The notes beneath the pieces are model-generated. The model was not told the origin of the DNA. It saw only the letters and a list, made by a program, of their open reading frames with translations, and made no database searches. This document shows positions 51,235-62,026 of a stretch of DNA of 64,000 bases, one piece after another. The position numbers and the translations under genes were made by a program. Positions within the stretch are counted from its first letter, which is position 1. Every line of letters begins with the position of its first letter. Source of the DNA: Syntrophales bacterium (lineage in GTDB: Bacteria > Desulfobacterota > Syntrophia > Syntrophales > UBA2210). The stretch lies in NCBI GenBank assembly GCA_963666365.2, contig CAXXNF010000002.1, positions 768,001-832,000 on the forward strand, given 5' to 3'.

Positions 51235-52166
51235 CGTTCACTTCCCATACCTTTCCAATGGGGATGATCAGCTGATTCCATTTTCCCTCCGCCGGAGGCC
51301 AAGAGCTCTCTTCGCGCAACGATTTCCACAATTGTCGCCATATTGCCGCCTGTTCTCACGGGCACGCGGATACAGGGGACATCAACATCGAGAATGCGGC
51401 ATGTATACTGATCCAATGCAATCCGGTTCATTTCGGCGCCATTGTCCCATCTGATCAACTCGACCACTACCCGCACCGATGTTTCACCGATGACGGCAAC
51501 AACGCCGAAGAGCTCTTTCACGTTTATGATGCCGAGCCCCCGAATCTCCATTAAATGTGCAATGGATGCAGGACTGCGCCCCGTGAGCCCGCTTTCCCGA
51601 TTCCCATGAAATTCCACGAGATCGTCGGCAATCAACTTATGCCCCCGCACCACAAGCTCAAGCCCGCATTCGCTCTTTCCGATTCCGCTTTCTCCCGTAA
51701 TTAATACCCCTATCCCAAAGACCTCCACCAGCACGCCGTGGAGTTCCCTGACGCATTCTATTTTTTCCCTCAGGTACGCCATAAGACGGCTTTTGATATA
51801 GAAGGGGTCTCGATCGGATTGGATGAGGGGAACCGCATGGGCATCCGCGAATTCATTCAAAAGAAACGGCGTCCTCTCGGCCTGCGCCCATATGATGAGA
51901 GGACTTTCACTGGCTTTTGCTATATCGATAATTTTGAAGTATTCTTCGGAGTGCTGCGCCGCACCGCTCTCGTCTTTTGAGGACGCGACTACAAGAATTA
52001 CATGTTTGGAAATTGCTGGGTCAAGGACAGCCGCCTCATCAGGATATACAAGAATCGACGCACCGGGGATGCTCCGCCCCTCCAACCCCTGCATTCCCCC
52101 CTGCACTTCAAATCCAAGGGCCCTTACGCCGTACTCGATCAGACTGCCTGTGGAGAGTGGCTTCAT
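51231..52166 (-). CDS. hprK: HPr(Ser) kinase/phosphorylase
   Basis: [41 protein letters not shown]. Confidence 0.9.
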   Translation of the reverse strand: MKPLSTGSLIEYGVRALGFEVQGGMQGLEGRSIPGASILVYPDEAAVLDPAISKHVILVVASSKDESGAAQHSEEYFKIIDIAKASESPLIIWAQAERTPFLLNEFADAHAVPLIQSDRDPFYIKSRLMAYLREKIECVRELHGVLVEVFGIGVLITGESGIGKSECGLELVVRGHKLIADDLVEFHGNRESGLTGRSPASIAHLMEIRGLGIINVKELFGVVAVIGETSVRVVVELIRWDNGAEMNRIALDQYTCRILDVDVPCIRVPVRTGGNMATIVEIVARRELLASGGGKMESADHPHWKGMGSER

Positions 52167-52170
52167 CTGT

Positions 52171-52641
52171 TTATGGCTTCATTGTGTCCTTTTTTACAAT
52201 GAGATCGTATATATCTCCCGTTGACTGCGCTTTCATGAGCTCACTTCTAAAATCCACATCCTTCAGCATTCGTGAAATTTTAGCCAGGGCCTTAAGATGC
52301 TGTCCAGCAGAATTTTCAGGCGCCATAAGAAGAAAAAATATATTGACCGGCTTCCCGTCCAGGGAATCAAACTCCACCCCACTGTGACTTCGCCCGAAGG
52401 AAACAATAAGACGATCGAGACCGGCCAACTTTCCATGGGGAATGGCTATCCCCTCTCCGATTCCCGTACTTCCCAGCTTTTCCCGTTCGAGGAGCACTTC
52501 TACCATGGCATCGCTGTCAACATTGATGTTGGCGTTGGCGCGTGCGAAAACCTCGGATAACTCAACGAGCACTTCCCGCTTCGACTTGGATTTTAATTGA
52601 TCTATTACAAATTTTTCTTCCAGCAGTTCGGTAATATTCAT
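52171..52641 (-). CDS. ptsN: PTS IIA(Ntr)-like protein
   Basis: REKLGSTGIGEGIAIPHG, FDSLDGKPV. Confidence 0.92.
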   Translation of the reverse strand: MNITELLEEKFVIDQLKSKSKREVLVELSEVFARANANINVDSDAMVEVLLEREKLGSTGIGEGIAIPHGKLAGLDRLIVSFGRSHSGVEFDSLDGKPVNIFFLLMAPENSAGQHLKALAKISRMLKDVDFRSELMKAQSTGDIYDLIVKKDTMKP

Positions 52642-52659
52642 TCCTTCGCACCATGCGCG

Positions 52660-53202
52660 TTAACTCGCCGCTTGAATCAGCTCATAATTTCCATCATCGC
52701 GACGGTATATTACACTCACGTTTTCGGAAGTTGAATCTCTGAACACCACAAAGTGATTGTTTGATTCTTCCATTTCCATAATGGCGTCATCAACTGACAT
52801 GGGATTCAGCACAACCTTCCTGATTTCAACTATTTTGTAGGGTGTCTCTTCATCCACTTCGTCGGATGCAATCGCACTCAACCCTTCCGCAATACCCCGT
52901 TCCGCGCCATCCTTGCGATTTCTTATTTTTTCTTTATGCTTTTTCAGTTGGCGTTCTATCTTGTCTATAACCGTGTCAATTGCCACAATCATTTCTTTTG
53001 CTTCTTCCTTCCCATTGATCGTGGCTCCTTTGGCCATAAGCAAATTAATTTCCGCAACATTTCGATACTTTTCAACTGAGAGCACAACCTTTGCCTCAAC
53101 AGGCTTATCGATATACCTTTCAAGTTTCGATATTTTTTTGGTTACATAATCCTTAAGCCCATCTCCGGCCTCAGCGTTCCGGAACGTAAAAGATATTTGC
53201 AT
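52660..53202 (-). CDS. hpf: Ribosome hibernation promoting factor (long HPF/RaiA)
   Basis: AIDTVIDKIERQLKKHKEK, PMSVDDA, VIYRRDDGNY; follows rpoN. Confidence 0.93.
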   Translation of the reverse strand: MQISFTFRNAEAGDGLKDYVTKKISKLERYIDKPVEAKVVLSVEKYRNVAEINLLMAKGATINGKEEAKEMIVAIDTVIDKIERQLKKHKEKIRNRKDGAERGIAEGLSAIASDEVDEETPYKIVEIRKVVLNPMSVDDAIMEMEESNNHFVVFRDSTSENVSVIYRRDDGNYELIQAAS

Positions 53203-53330
53203 AGATACGCCTCCTTCTCGTAGTGCTGTTGCAATAACCTCTCGTTCACAGGTCCCCGGTGATTATACACCGTGCCGTAACGATAGGGATAAAACAAAGC
53301 ATTGCTTACTATGTGAGTCGTGCAAAAATG

Positions 53331-54770
53331 TCAATAATATTTTTTCCTTTTATGCGAAGGAAGTATATTGAGCATTTCCCTGTACTTTGCCACAGTTCTT
53401 CGGGCAATTGAAATCCCCGAATCTTCAAGAATTTCTACTATCTGGCTGTCATTGTAAGGTTTTTGGGGATTTTCCAGGCTTACTATTTTTGTTATTTTTT
53501 CCTTCACACTTTCCGATGCAATCGCATCGCCGTCGGTCCGATTAATGCTGCTGTTAAAAAAATATTTTAATTCAAAAATGCCCCGCGGCGTATGCATATA
53601 CTTATTGGTAGTGACCCTGCTGATAGTCGATTCGTGCATCGACACGTCATCGGCAATATCTCTGAGCACCATCGGTTTTAGATAATTGATTCCTTTTTCA
53701 AAAAAATCTATCTGATGCTTCAAGATGCTTTCCGACACCTTGTAAATAGTTCTCTGTCGCTGCTGTATGCTCTTAATGAGCCACGTTGCCGATTGCAGTC
53801 GTTCCTTGATGTATTCTTTGTTTTTCTCGCCTCTCGAGCTGTTCTCGCCGGACGTAAGTATTTTTTTATAGAGATTGCTGACCTTCAGCTTGGGAAGACC
53901 GTCGTCGTTAAGGACAATCCTGAATTCATTTCCAACCTTAAATACATAAACATCCGGGATGATGTAATCCGGTTTTTCTTCGCTGTATCGCCTTCCCGGC
54001 TTGGGATCGAGATTGCAGATTATGGAGGCAGCTTCTATGACCTGTTCAATAGGGACCTTCCTTTTTCTTGCAATGTTATCGTAGTTTTTCGTTTCAAGAT
54101 CCTTCAAATGCTCTACCACAATCGTCGTTGCAAGAGGATCCTCTACCTGCAAGGCCTGAATCTGGAGCAGAAGGCATTCCCTCAGATCCCGTGCGGCGAC
54201 TCCCGGAGGATCAAATTCCTGAACTTTTGCAAGCGTCTTTTTCACGGACTCAAGGACAATCCCCATGGATTCTGATATTTCCTCACAGGTGGCCGCAAGA
54301 TATCCGTTTCCGTCCAGATTGCCGATTATCTCCCTTCCGATCATCTTTTCCTCCTCATCCATGTGAGAAAGATTGAGCTGCCATAGCAGATGATCGGAAA
54401 GAGACCCCTGGCGCGTTAAGATATTTTCCAGAGAAGGTGCCTCTGCAACCTCCCGCCCGTAATTTACCCCGACAGCGCCGTAATCTTCAAAATAGCCGTC
54501 CCAGTCAAAGTCTTCCCTGCCGTCCCCCTCTCCCGTGACTTCCCTTGTCACCAATTCGGCCGCGGGAGTATCCGACTCCGGAGGGACGCCGTTTTCCGGG
54601 TCATCATCAAATGCCTGTTCTTCAAGCATCGGATTCTGCTCCAGCTCCTGATTTATGGCACTCATCAATTCAAGCCTGGAAAGCTGAAGCAGTTTTATAG
54701 ACTGCTGAAGCTGCGGCGTCATGATCAGCTGTTGCGTCAGTTTCAGATTTTGTCTCAGCTCAAAGGCCAT
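53331..54770 (-). CDS. rpoN: RNA polymerase sigma-54 factor
   Basis: MTPQLQQSIKLLQL, HESTISR, RpoN box ARRTVAKYRE. Confidence 0.98.
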   Translation of the reverse strand: MAFELRQNLKLTQQLIMTPQLQQSIKLLQLSRLELMSAINQELEQNPMLEEQAFDDDPENGVPPESDTPAAELVTREVTGEGDGREDFDWDGYFEDYGAVGVNYGREVAEAPSLENILTRQGSLSDHLLWQLNLSHMDEEEKMIGREIIGNLDGNGYLAATCEEISESMGIVLESVKKTLAKVQEFDPPGVAARDLRECLLLQIQALQVEDPLATTIVVEHLKDLETKNYDNIARKRKVPIEQVIEAASIICNLDPKPGRRYSEEKPDYIIPDVYVFKVGNEFRIVLNDDGLPKLKVSNLYKKILTSGENSSRGEKNKEYIKERLQSATWLIKSIQQRQRTIYKVSESILKHQIDFFEKGINYLKPMVLRDIADDVSMHESTISRVTTNKYMHTPRGIFELKYFFNSSINRTDGDAIASESVKEKITKIVSLENPQKPYNDSQIVEILEDSGISIARRTVAKYREMLNILPSHKRKKYY

Positions 54771-54821
54771 AGTTGTTAACCCTTGCGTGCAATATCCCCG
54801 TTACGGGCTGTCGCCTGACTC

Positions 54822-55541
54822 CTATAAATCGAAATCGGCGCCGAGGTAGAATGTGCGTGCTACTTCGCTTGCCGCGATTGTATCGGGGTCTCCCTCCATG
54901 AGTATTTCACCTTCATTGACGATGTAGGCCCTGTCGCAAACCTTAAGCGTCTCGCGTACATTGTGATCCGATATCAATATGCCGATATCCCGTTCCTTCA
55001 ATTTCCCGATAATGCCCTGAATATCGGACAGCGCGATCGGGTCTATGCCGGCAAAGGGTTCATCCAGCAACATATAATAGGGCTCCGTTACCAGCGCTCG
55101 TGTAATTTCCACTCTTCTGCGCTCACCCCCTGAAAGAGCAAAGGCCATGCTTTTTGCAATATGCGTAAGGTCCAATTCCGCCAGAAGCGCTTTCAGCCGC
55201 ACTTCTCTTTCGTTTCTGCTGATATCGAGCGTTTCCAGAATAGCCATGATATTTTCTTCAACGGTAAGCTTTCTGAAGACCGACGGTTCCTGGGGAAGAT
55301 AGCTTATGCCTTTCCTCGCCCTCCTGTACATCGGTGAACGGCTTATGTCATGCCCGCCGAGCAGGACGCGTCCCGAATCCGGTTTTATCAAACCGACGAT
55401 CATGTAAAAGGTGGTCGTCTTGCCGGCCCCGTTCGGCCCTAAAAGGCCGACTACCTCACCTCTTCCTATCTCCAGATTGATACGGTTTACGACCCATCTG
55501 CCGCCGTAGATCTTAACCAGTTCTTTTGCCTCAAGTTTCAT
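54822..55541 (-). CDS. lptB: LPS export ABC ATPase
   Basis: [37 protein letters not shown]. Confidence 0.96.
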   Translation of the reverse strand: MKLEAKELVKIYGGRWVVNRINLEIGRGEVVGLLGPNGAGKTTTFYMIVGLIKPDSGRVLLGGHDISRSPMYRRARKGISYLPQEPSVFRKLTVEENIMAILETLDISRNEREVRLKALLAELDLTHIAKSMAFALSGGERRRVEITRALVTEPYYMLLDEPFAGIDPIALSDIQGIIGKLKERDIGILISDHNVRETLKVCDRAYIVNEGEILMEGDPDTIAASEVARTFYLGADFDL

Positions 55542-55599
55542 GTACACAGACAATCTCGACATCTATGAAAGCGCATTGCACCCCTATTGCGGTAAAACA

Positions 55600-56163
55600 T
55601 CACGGCCCCTTTTTCGGGTAAATCGTTGCTTTTACCCTGCCTTCCTTCAATGACTCGACAATGCCTTTCCCGTCTTTGAGAAAGAAAGTGATGCTGTCGC
55701 CTTTTACGGTGTTTTCTCCTTCTTTCATCACGACATTGCCGGTCACTACGACCTTTTGTGCACTGTGGTAAAGAACCGCATGATCTCCGCTGATAATGCC
55801 GTGTTCCCCCTCAATGGATACGTTGCGGCGTGCTTCAATCTTTTCGACTTCTCCCTTTTCCACCGCACCGGCGCCTTTCCCTGGCGCCTGACTTTGCCGG
55901 TAATATATGCGTAATTCATCGCAGTGAATGGTATATCGTTCCTGCTCAGCCGCCACTTGCCCCGAAAAGACTATCACCCCGCCATGCTCAAGGGTTTCAA
56001 GCCGATCCGACGTCACCGTAATCGGCGCGCCCTTGCCGGCCGATTCGATATCCGCCGCATGCCCAGCCGTGCACAGCATCAGTAAAACCAGAATCGGCGC
56101 TATCCTGCGCCCTGCAATGCCTGAAAGAAAGATGTGATTAGGGTCTCCACGCCTTGTCATCAA
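55600..56163 (-). CDS. lptA: LPS transport periplasmic protein (start uncertain)
   Basis: Signal peptide, PITVTSD, FSGQV, TGNV..GDSI, GRVKATIYP; synteny. Confidence 0.85.
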   Translation of the reverse strand: MMTRRGDPNHIFLSGIAGRRIAPILVLLMLCTAGHAADIESAGKGAPITVTSDRLETLEHGGVIVFSGQVAAEQERYTIHCDELRIYYRQSQAPGKGAGAVEKGEVEKIEARRNVSIEGEHGIISGDHAVLYHSAQKVVVTGNVVMKEGENTVKGDSITFFLKDGKGIVESLKEGRVKATIYPKKGP

Positions 56164-56740
56164 TAATTGCCTTTACCTGTGAAGAAAGCAGGAGTTTTAC
56201 CTCATCCAGGGAATAGCTCATCCCCTTGGCCACAATCTGCATTCTCTTGTTTTTTATCAATATATCATTTTCCGTATAGATCGATCTGTCCAGCGACCTG
56301 TACTGCAATTGTTCGGTTTTGACCCATTCTCCCGCATCCGATGTCGCCACGACATGGCCGGAAAGTTCGATATTCCCGGATTCCCTGTTCCACGTCCCCT
56401 TATCGGCTGTCAAGGTAACGACCCGGCCTGCCCCGGAAAAAAACCTTGCTCTTACCTCGAACAGCTGCACCTCCTGATCAGTGCGCCTGTAATGGGCCCT
56501 GTCCGCCTGCAGTTCCCACCGCGAATCGCTGTCTCCCACTTCTGTGTAATGGAAATTCCTTATCTCGAGATCTGCTTTTCCCGGCAGGATCCGGAGTCCT
56601 GTCCCCGTAGTGTCTCTCTTGGCCAGAAAAATCCCGCCTATCACAAGCACCGCAAGCGCCACCGACGCTCCAATGAGGATTCTTCTGAATGTCACACGCT
56701 GCGACACCGCCATCGCCTTTCTTGATTTCAGGTATAACAC
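56138..56740 (-). CDS. lptC: LPS export protein LptC
   Basis: N-terminal TM, WELQADRA, LTADKG, KTEQLQY; synteny. Confidence 0.8.
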   Translation of the reverse strand: MLYLKSRKAMAVSQRVTFRRILIGASVALAVLVIGGIFLAKRDTTGTGLRILPGKADLEIRNFHYTEVGDSDSRWELQADRAHYRRTDQEVQLFEVRARFFSGAGRVVTLTADKGTWNRESGNIELSGHVVATSDAGEWVKTEQLQYRSLDRSIYTENDILIKNKRMQIVAKGMSYSLDEVKLLLSSQVKAIIDDKAWRP

Positions 56741-56804
56741 CCCTCCCTGAATAAGTAAAGACCGAACAAGGCGGTCTTTTTTTCATCAGGAAATTGAGGA
56801 AAGC

Positions 56805-57347
56805 TTAATCCATTTTATACCGTGCCGCCACTGCAGCCCATTTATCCTGAACCATGAGAATTAATTCGCAGAGTTCACGCACAGCCCCTCTCCCGCCTTT
56901 CAGACGGGTCACATAATCGGCCACCGTTTTCACATGTTCCGATGCATCGGCAACGGCAACGGAAAATCCCACCAGGCGAAAGACCGGAATATCGATAACA
57001 TCGTCTCCCACATAGGCAATGCACTCACCCCTGCAGTTGTTTTTCTGTATATACTCCTCCATGAAGGCGCCCTTGTTTTTGATTCCCTGATAGACCTCCG
57101 TAATTCCAAGATCCTCTGCGCGATGGGTCACCACCTCGGATCTGCGCCCAGTAAGCAGCGCTACGCCGATTCCATACCTCATGATCAACTTCAGCCCGTG
57201 GCCGTCCCGCACATCGAAATGTTTCAACTCGTTGCCCCGGTTATCCATGATAATTCTTCCATCGGTCAACACGCCATCAACATCACAGACAAGCAGGGTT
57301 ATCTTCCGTATTTTTTTTATCAGTCCATCGTCCTTAATTTCATTCAT
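56805..57347 (-). CDS. kdsC: KDO 8-phosphate phosphatase
   Basis: [23 protein letters not shown]. Confidence 0.95.
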   Translation of the reverse strand: MNEIKDDGLIKKIRKITLLVCDVDGVLTDGRIIMDNRGNELKHFDVRDGHGLKLIMRYGIGVALLTGRRSEVVTHRAEDLGITEVYQGIKNKGAFMEEYIQKNNCRGECIAYVGDDVIDIPVFRLVGFSVAVADASEHVKTVADYVTRLKGGRGAVRELCELILMVQDKWAAVAARYKMD

Positions 57348-58171
57348 CGCTCATCCATTTTGACAATAGTGTCAATGCGTTGTAAAGTTTTCAAAAGGCC
57401 GGGAAGCGTCTTGAGGAAAAGTGAATTCGGACCGTCGCAAAGCGCCCTCTCCGGATCAGGGTGAACCTCGCAAAATAGACCGTCCACACCGCAGGCAACG
57501 GCTGAGCGGGCAAGACACAGGGCCATCTCCCGGTCGCCTCCGGAGGCGCAGCCCATACCGCCCGGCAGCTGCACACTGTGTGTTGCGTCGAAGATTACCG
57601 GATAGCCTGTCTTTCTCATAATGGCAAGAGCGCGCATATCGGCGACAAGATTGTTGTAGCCGAAGCTATACCCACGCTCCGTAATCAGTATCCGCTCATT
57701 CCCCGATGCGCGGGCCTTTGCCACCACATTGTCTATGTCCTCGGGGGCGAGAAACTGTCCCTTCTTGATGTTGATGATTTTTGCCCTGGCTGCCACTTCG
57801 GTCACAAAGTCGGTCTGTCGGCACAAAAAAGCGGGCACCTGCACCACATCAAGCACCTGCGCCGCCGGTTCTATTTCCTCAAACCGGTGTACGTCGGAAA
57901 GAACGGGAACTTCCAGTGTCTCCCTGACCCTTGCAAGTATTTCCAATCCTTTGTGCAGACCCGGTCCACGAAAGGAGTCCTTCGAGGAACGATTGGCCTT
58001 GTCATAGGATGACTTGAAGATAAAAGGTATTCCCATATCTGAGGTAAGTTCTTTCAAAAACCGTGCTGTCTGCATCACGATCTCTTCGCTTTCTATCACA
58101 CAGGGACCGGCGATCAGCACAAAGGGATTTCCCTTTCCAATTGTGAAATCTTTTATAGAAAATGAGGCCAT
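57344..58171 (-). CDS. kdsA: KDO 8-phosphate synthase
   Basis: [34 protein letters not shown]. Confidence 0.97.
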   Translation of the reverse strand: MASFSIKDFTIGKGNPFVLIAGPCVIESEEIVMQTARFLKELTSDMGIPFIFKSSYDKANRSSKDSFRGPGLHKGLEILARVRETLEVPVLSDVHRFEEIEPAAQVLDVVQVPAFLCRQTDFVTEVAARAKIINIKKGQFLAPEDIDNVVAKARASGNERILITERGYSFGYNNLVADMRALAIMRKTGYPVIFDATHSVQLPGGMGCASGGDREMALCLARSAVACGVDGLFCEVHPDPERALCDGPNSLFLKTLPGLLKTLQRIDTIVKMDER

Positions 58172-58176
58172 GGATT

Positions 58177-60186
58177 CTATCCTTTATGTTTAGCTTTAAG
58201 AAGTTTGATTTTGAGTTGCGGAATCTTTTTCATGGCAGTGGTCGATTCAGGATTGATCTGATAGGCCCGCGTATATTCACGCAAGGCCTCTTTATACATA
58301 CCTTTTTTTTCGTAGGCTTCAGCCAGTGCCAGGTAGACCTGATCGTCTTCCCTTTCATAGCGAAGCGACGTCATATAGTTTGCAATTGCCTCGTCGACAT
58401 TCCCCTTCTGAAAATAGGCACGGCCTCTGCCCGAGTAAAATTCATGTCTCTTTTTGTCGATTTCGATGAGGCGGTTGTATGTTTCTATTGTTCTATCCCA
58501 TTCCCTGTTTTTTTCATAATGGTGCGCAAGCATAAGCAGCACCTCGATGGTCGGCTTTAGTGACGCATATTTTTCGTAGGCGGCAATTGCGTCTTTGGCG
58601 TTTCCGGTCTTTTCATGGCAGACGGCAATATTATGGTATATATCCTCTTTATCTGTTGCCCCCTTGTGCAATGCTTCTTCGTAACAACGCACGGCATTTT
58701 TGTAATCTTTCATTTCCTGGTACGCATAGGCCATATTGGTGTAGACGGCTGCGTTATTGGGGAATGCCTTACTGTATCCGGTAAAATATTCGATGGCCTG
58801 TGCATATTCCTTTTTTCGCAAATAGTGCTCTGCAAGTCGGGAGAGCGCATCCGTGTCGTTGGGTTTGAACTTCAGGACCTGTCGATATTCCTTTGCGGCG
58901 TCGTCATACCGCGCGGCCTTCTCGTAGGCCAGGGCAAGATTAAAACGAATCACTGCATTGTTCGGATTGAGCTGACGCGCCTTTTCATAATTTGCGATTT
59001 CTCTGTCATTAAGACCTTTTCCGCTGTAGGCGAGCCCTATATTCGCATAGGCCGAGGCGTTTTGTGGATTTTTGCTTATGAATATCCTGTAAAGGTCGAT
59101 TGCCTTGTCATAGTCCTTTGTTTTCAAATAGACGTCCGCCAGCGCAACGATTACCGCTTCGTTTCCCGGCATTTCTTTGTACACTTTTTCATACTCTTCA
59201 AGCGCTTCCTGCGTGTGTCCCATCTGCTCACAGGCCTCGGCAAGATTATACCGAACCGCTGCGTTGTCCGGCGAAAGTCTCAGCGATACCCGGTAATTGG
59301 CGGCGGCGCGGGGCCAATTGCCTATCAGCCCATAGACCTGGGCAATGCTTGCGTAGGCCGCGGCATCCTTTGAATTCATTCGGATAATCTTGCGATAGGC
59401 GAGGAGCGCCTCCTGATATTTTTTTATTTTTACATACAGTTTCGAAAGTGCAACAAGCGAAGGAAGATCATCAGGATTTTGTGCAAGCACCGCCTCGTAT
59501 TCATGAATGCCTTTGTCTATATTGCCGGAATCCACATAGGAACGGGCGAGCATCTTTCGGGCATTGAGATCCTCCTTCTTCATCCCTACCGCCTGTTCCA
59601 GGTATTCAGTCTGCGCTTTTTTGTCTTCCGATTGACGGGCATGTCTGAGCCAGTCTTGCGGCAGTATCTTTATTTCGATGGGGATCGCCGCAAGGACCTT
59701 TTCATTATACCGAACCTTCAGCGAAAACTTTTTCGCGCTGTCTTTTATGGAGCGATCAACTATCTCCACACCCTTCAGCAGCGAGCCCAGATCGTTTGTT
59801 CCTCCGGCGCCTTCCACATCGACGGCAATGCCCCGGGTGGTCATAAGATCGGTCTGCACCTTTTTCACTGCGAATTCATCACGGTAGGTAATTTCAAAGA
59901 CATCGCCTTCGCGCACACGGAATTCTTCGCCGTTTTTTTCGAGTTCAACCCAGTAAAAGTGCGGTCTTGCACCGAGCATATTGGTCATGACAAACCGCTT
60001 CGCCCGTATCATCGGCGCCGGCATGTCCACATCGCCTGCACTGAGAAAATGATAGAGCACTCCCCCCCCCGCGAATGCAGCGATCAGCAGAACAACCACC
60101 AACGTTACCCTGAGAGTGACTCCTTTTTTTTGTTTCGGCGTCTCATCTTTCCGGTCATTATCCTCCTGGCCGTAATAATAGTCCAT
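58177..60186 (-). CDS. Membrane-anchored tetratricopeptide repeat protein
   Basis: N-terminal TM, about 130 aa beta-rich domain, more than 10 TPR-like repeats (e.g. [30 protein letters not shown]). Confidence 0.85.
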   Translation of the reverse strand: MDYYYGQEDNDRKDETPKQKKGVTLRVTLVVVLLIAAFAGGGVLYHFLSAGDVDMPAPMIRAKRFVMTNMLGARPHFYWVELEKNGEEFRVREGDVFEITYRDEFAVKKVQTDLMTTRGIAVDVEGAGGTNDLGSLLKGVEIVDRSIKDSAKKFSLKVRYNEKVLAAIPIEIKILPQDWLRHARQSEDKKAQTEYLEQAVGMKKEDLNARKMLARSYVDSGNIDKGIHEYEAVLAQNPDDLPSLVALSKLYVKIKKYQEALLAYRKIIRMNSKDAAAYASIAQVYGLIGNWPRAAANYRVSLRLSPDNAAVRYNLAEACEQMGHTQEALEEYEKVYKEMPGNEAVIVALADVYLKTKDYDKAIDLYRIFISKNPQNASAYANIGLAYSGKGLNDREIANYEKARQLNPNNAVIRFNLALAYEKAARYDDAAKEYRQVLKFKPNDTDALSRLAEHYLRKKEYAQAIEYFTGYSKAFPNNAAVYTNMAYAYQEMKDYKNAVRCYEEALHKGATDKEDIYHNIAVCHEKTGNAKDAIAAYEKYASLKPTIEVLLMLAHHYEKNREWDRTIETYNRLIEIDKKRHEFYSGRGRAYFQKGNVDEAIANYMTSLRYEREDDQVYLALAEAYEKKGMYKEALREYTRAYQINPESTTAMKKIPQLKIKLLKAKHKG

Positions 60187-60188
60187 TG

Positions 60189-61097
60189 CTATCCTCTCGG
60201 GTGATACTTTTTGTGTACTTCCTTCAGGCGGTCCCGCGTCACATGCGTATAGATCTGCGTGGTCGATATATCCGAATGTCCAAGCATTATCTGAACCGAC
60301 CGCAGATCAGCGCCCCCTTCGATCAGATGGGTGGCGAAGGAGTGTCGAAAGGTATGAGGATACACCTTTTTCGCAAGCCCCGCTTTTTTGGCATATTTTT
60401 TTACAATTTTCCACAATCCCTGCCGGGAGAACCCCTCTCCCCCGCGATTGAGAAAGAGCGCCTGTTCCTCCGATCGTTTCATTAATTTCGGCCTCACTTC
60501 CTCCAAATAGCGCATAAGCGAGCGTTGTGCCCGTTCTCCTATGGGTACGATCCGCTCCTTCCCCCCTTTACCGAAGACCAGACAATAGCCGACCTGCCAG
60601 TGTATTCCCCCGGTGGTAAGAGACACCAGTTCCGAAGCACGGATTCCCGTTGCGTAGAGAAACTCAAGCATCGCCGTATCCCGAATCGCCAGAGGCGTTC
60701 CCGTGCCCGGCGCCTTCAGGAGTGTCGCCATTTCCTCCCTGCTGATGGTATCGGGAAGGCGCATCCACACCTTCGCAAGCTCAATATCGGCAACGGGATT
60801 CTCCCGAATGAGATTTCGTTCGCGCAGATAGCGATTGAACCCGCGTACCGCTGCAAGGGTGCGGTTCACTGAATTGGAACCGAGCCCATCATCCCTCAAT
60901 TTTACTAAAAACGCAATGATCCCGTCAGAAGTGACGGCATTGCAGCACACTGTTCCCCTGCTTTGGAAATAATCGGCGTAACGATTGAGATCCCTGCTGT
61001 ATGCCTCGAGGGTATTGAGGGCCAGACCCCGCTCAACGGCAAGGTAATTGATAAAATCGTCTATTGCGCGATACACGTTATATTCAGTCCCGCTCAA
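60189..61097 (-). CDS. xerD: Site-specific tyrosine recombinase XerD
   Basis: [62 protein letters not shown]. Confidence 0.95.
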   Translation of the reverse strand: MSGTEYNVYRAIDDFINYLAVERGLALNTLEAYSRDLNRYADYFQSRGTVCCNAVTSDGIIAFLVKLRDDGLGSNSVNRTLAAVRGFNRYLRERNLIRENPVADIELAKVWMRLPDTISREEMATLLKAPGTGTPLAIRDTAMLEFLYATGIRASELVSLTTGGIHWQVGYCLVFGKGGKERIVPIGERAQRSLMRYLEEVRPKLMKRSEEQALFLNRGGEGFSRQGLWKIVKKYAKKAGLAKKVYPHTFRHSFATHLIEGGADLRSVQIMLGHSDISTTQIYTHVTRDRLKEVHKKYHPRG

Positions 61098-61321
61098 AAA
61101 TAACCGATGGTTCCGAAGTCTAATGAATCGTTATGAATATTGCAAGATCATTATATTCATAATTAGGGACGTACTACTAAGCGAGCAGTGAAGATGAAAA
61201 GGCCCGCAAGAATCTTCGCAAGGCACCCACATACGGGTCGGCCTGCGGGTGGGGAAATCTTTATCAAGACAGTGGAACAACTGACAGGTCCTTTTCTGGA
61301 AAAAGGAAAAGTGGGGCGATC

Positions 61322-61361
61322 AAAAAAGGGGGACATAAATTAATATTATGTCCCCCTTTTT
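61322..61361. terminator. Symmetric intrinsic terminator downstream of the pilin gene
   Basis: AAAAAGGGGGACATAA-loop-TTATGTCCCCCTTTTT perfect inverted repeat. Confidence 0.85.
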
Positions 61362-61379
61362 GTTGAACACGTTCTTGCC

Positions 61380-61751
61380 TTATGGTGTTATGTTTCCAGA
61401 TGAGTCTACCGAGTATGTTGTATCACCTTTGGAATGCACCGCCGTCGCGGCAAAGCCCGTTGGCGTAGCGGTAGTAATGGTAACGGTGACACCAGAAGTT
61501 GCCGTATACCCGTTCGCCGTTAAATCAGCGGCAGCAACCGACGTGGCGCTGGGATTCGAGGCGAAGTAGGTCATCGCGGCGTTATAGGCGTTCTTAAGAT
61601 CCGATTTTGCCGAAGCGTTCCAGCCTTTTGTCCGGTAGGTGTTGAACTGCGGGATCGCGATGGCCGCCAGGATGCCGATAATGGCGATAACGATCATCAG
61701 TTCGATCAGTGTAAAACCCTTCTGTCCCCTCTTTGCTCTGAGCATACTCAT
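61380..61751 (-). CDS. pilA: Type IVa major pilin
   Basis: [26 protein letters not shown] prepilin motif; AGGAGG SD; next to pilR/pilS. Confidence 0.95.
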   Translation of the reverse strand: MSMLRAKRGQKGFTLIELMIVIAIIGILAAIAIPQFNTYRTKGWNASAKSDLKNAYNAAMTYFASNPSATSVAAADLTANGYTATSGVTVTITTATPTGFAATAVHSKGDTTYSVDSSGNITP

Positions 61752-61816
61752 GGTGTTCCTCCTTGTTGTTTTTGGTTGGTGATACTGTCAATGCATTCGA
61801 CAGTTACCTGCTTCTT

Positions 61817-61832
61817 TGCAATTCACATGCCA
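61817..61832 (-). promoter_or_regulatory. sigma54 (-24/-12) promoter of pilA
   Basis: TGGCAT-GTGAA-TTGCA, near-consensus TGGCAC-N5-TTGCA, 65 bp upstream of ATG and directly downstream of pilR. Confidence 0.85.
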
Positions 61833-62026
61833 CCTCTGGCACAAAAAGAGCGTTACCTCCATTTGTCTGATATTGTTGAATTATTGGGGAGGAATTCTCG
61901 GTGTAGGCACTCCCGATGCCCTTTTCAGTACAAAACCGGCGTTGAAGAAAGCGGTGATTTTGCCCGGTCGCCGGTGAGGTTCACGGAAAATTGACCGGTG
62001 CGACGATTCCGCAGGAATTCATTGCA

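Noticed and set aside
58615..60204. 252-aa and 241-aa plus-strand ORFs
   Set aside because: Antisense to the TPR gene; hydrophobic composition mirrors its Lys/Glu-rich codons
60189..61097. Tyrosine recombinase as a prophage integrase
   Set aside because: Full XerD signature in a housekeeping context; no phage genes or att repeats
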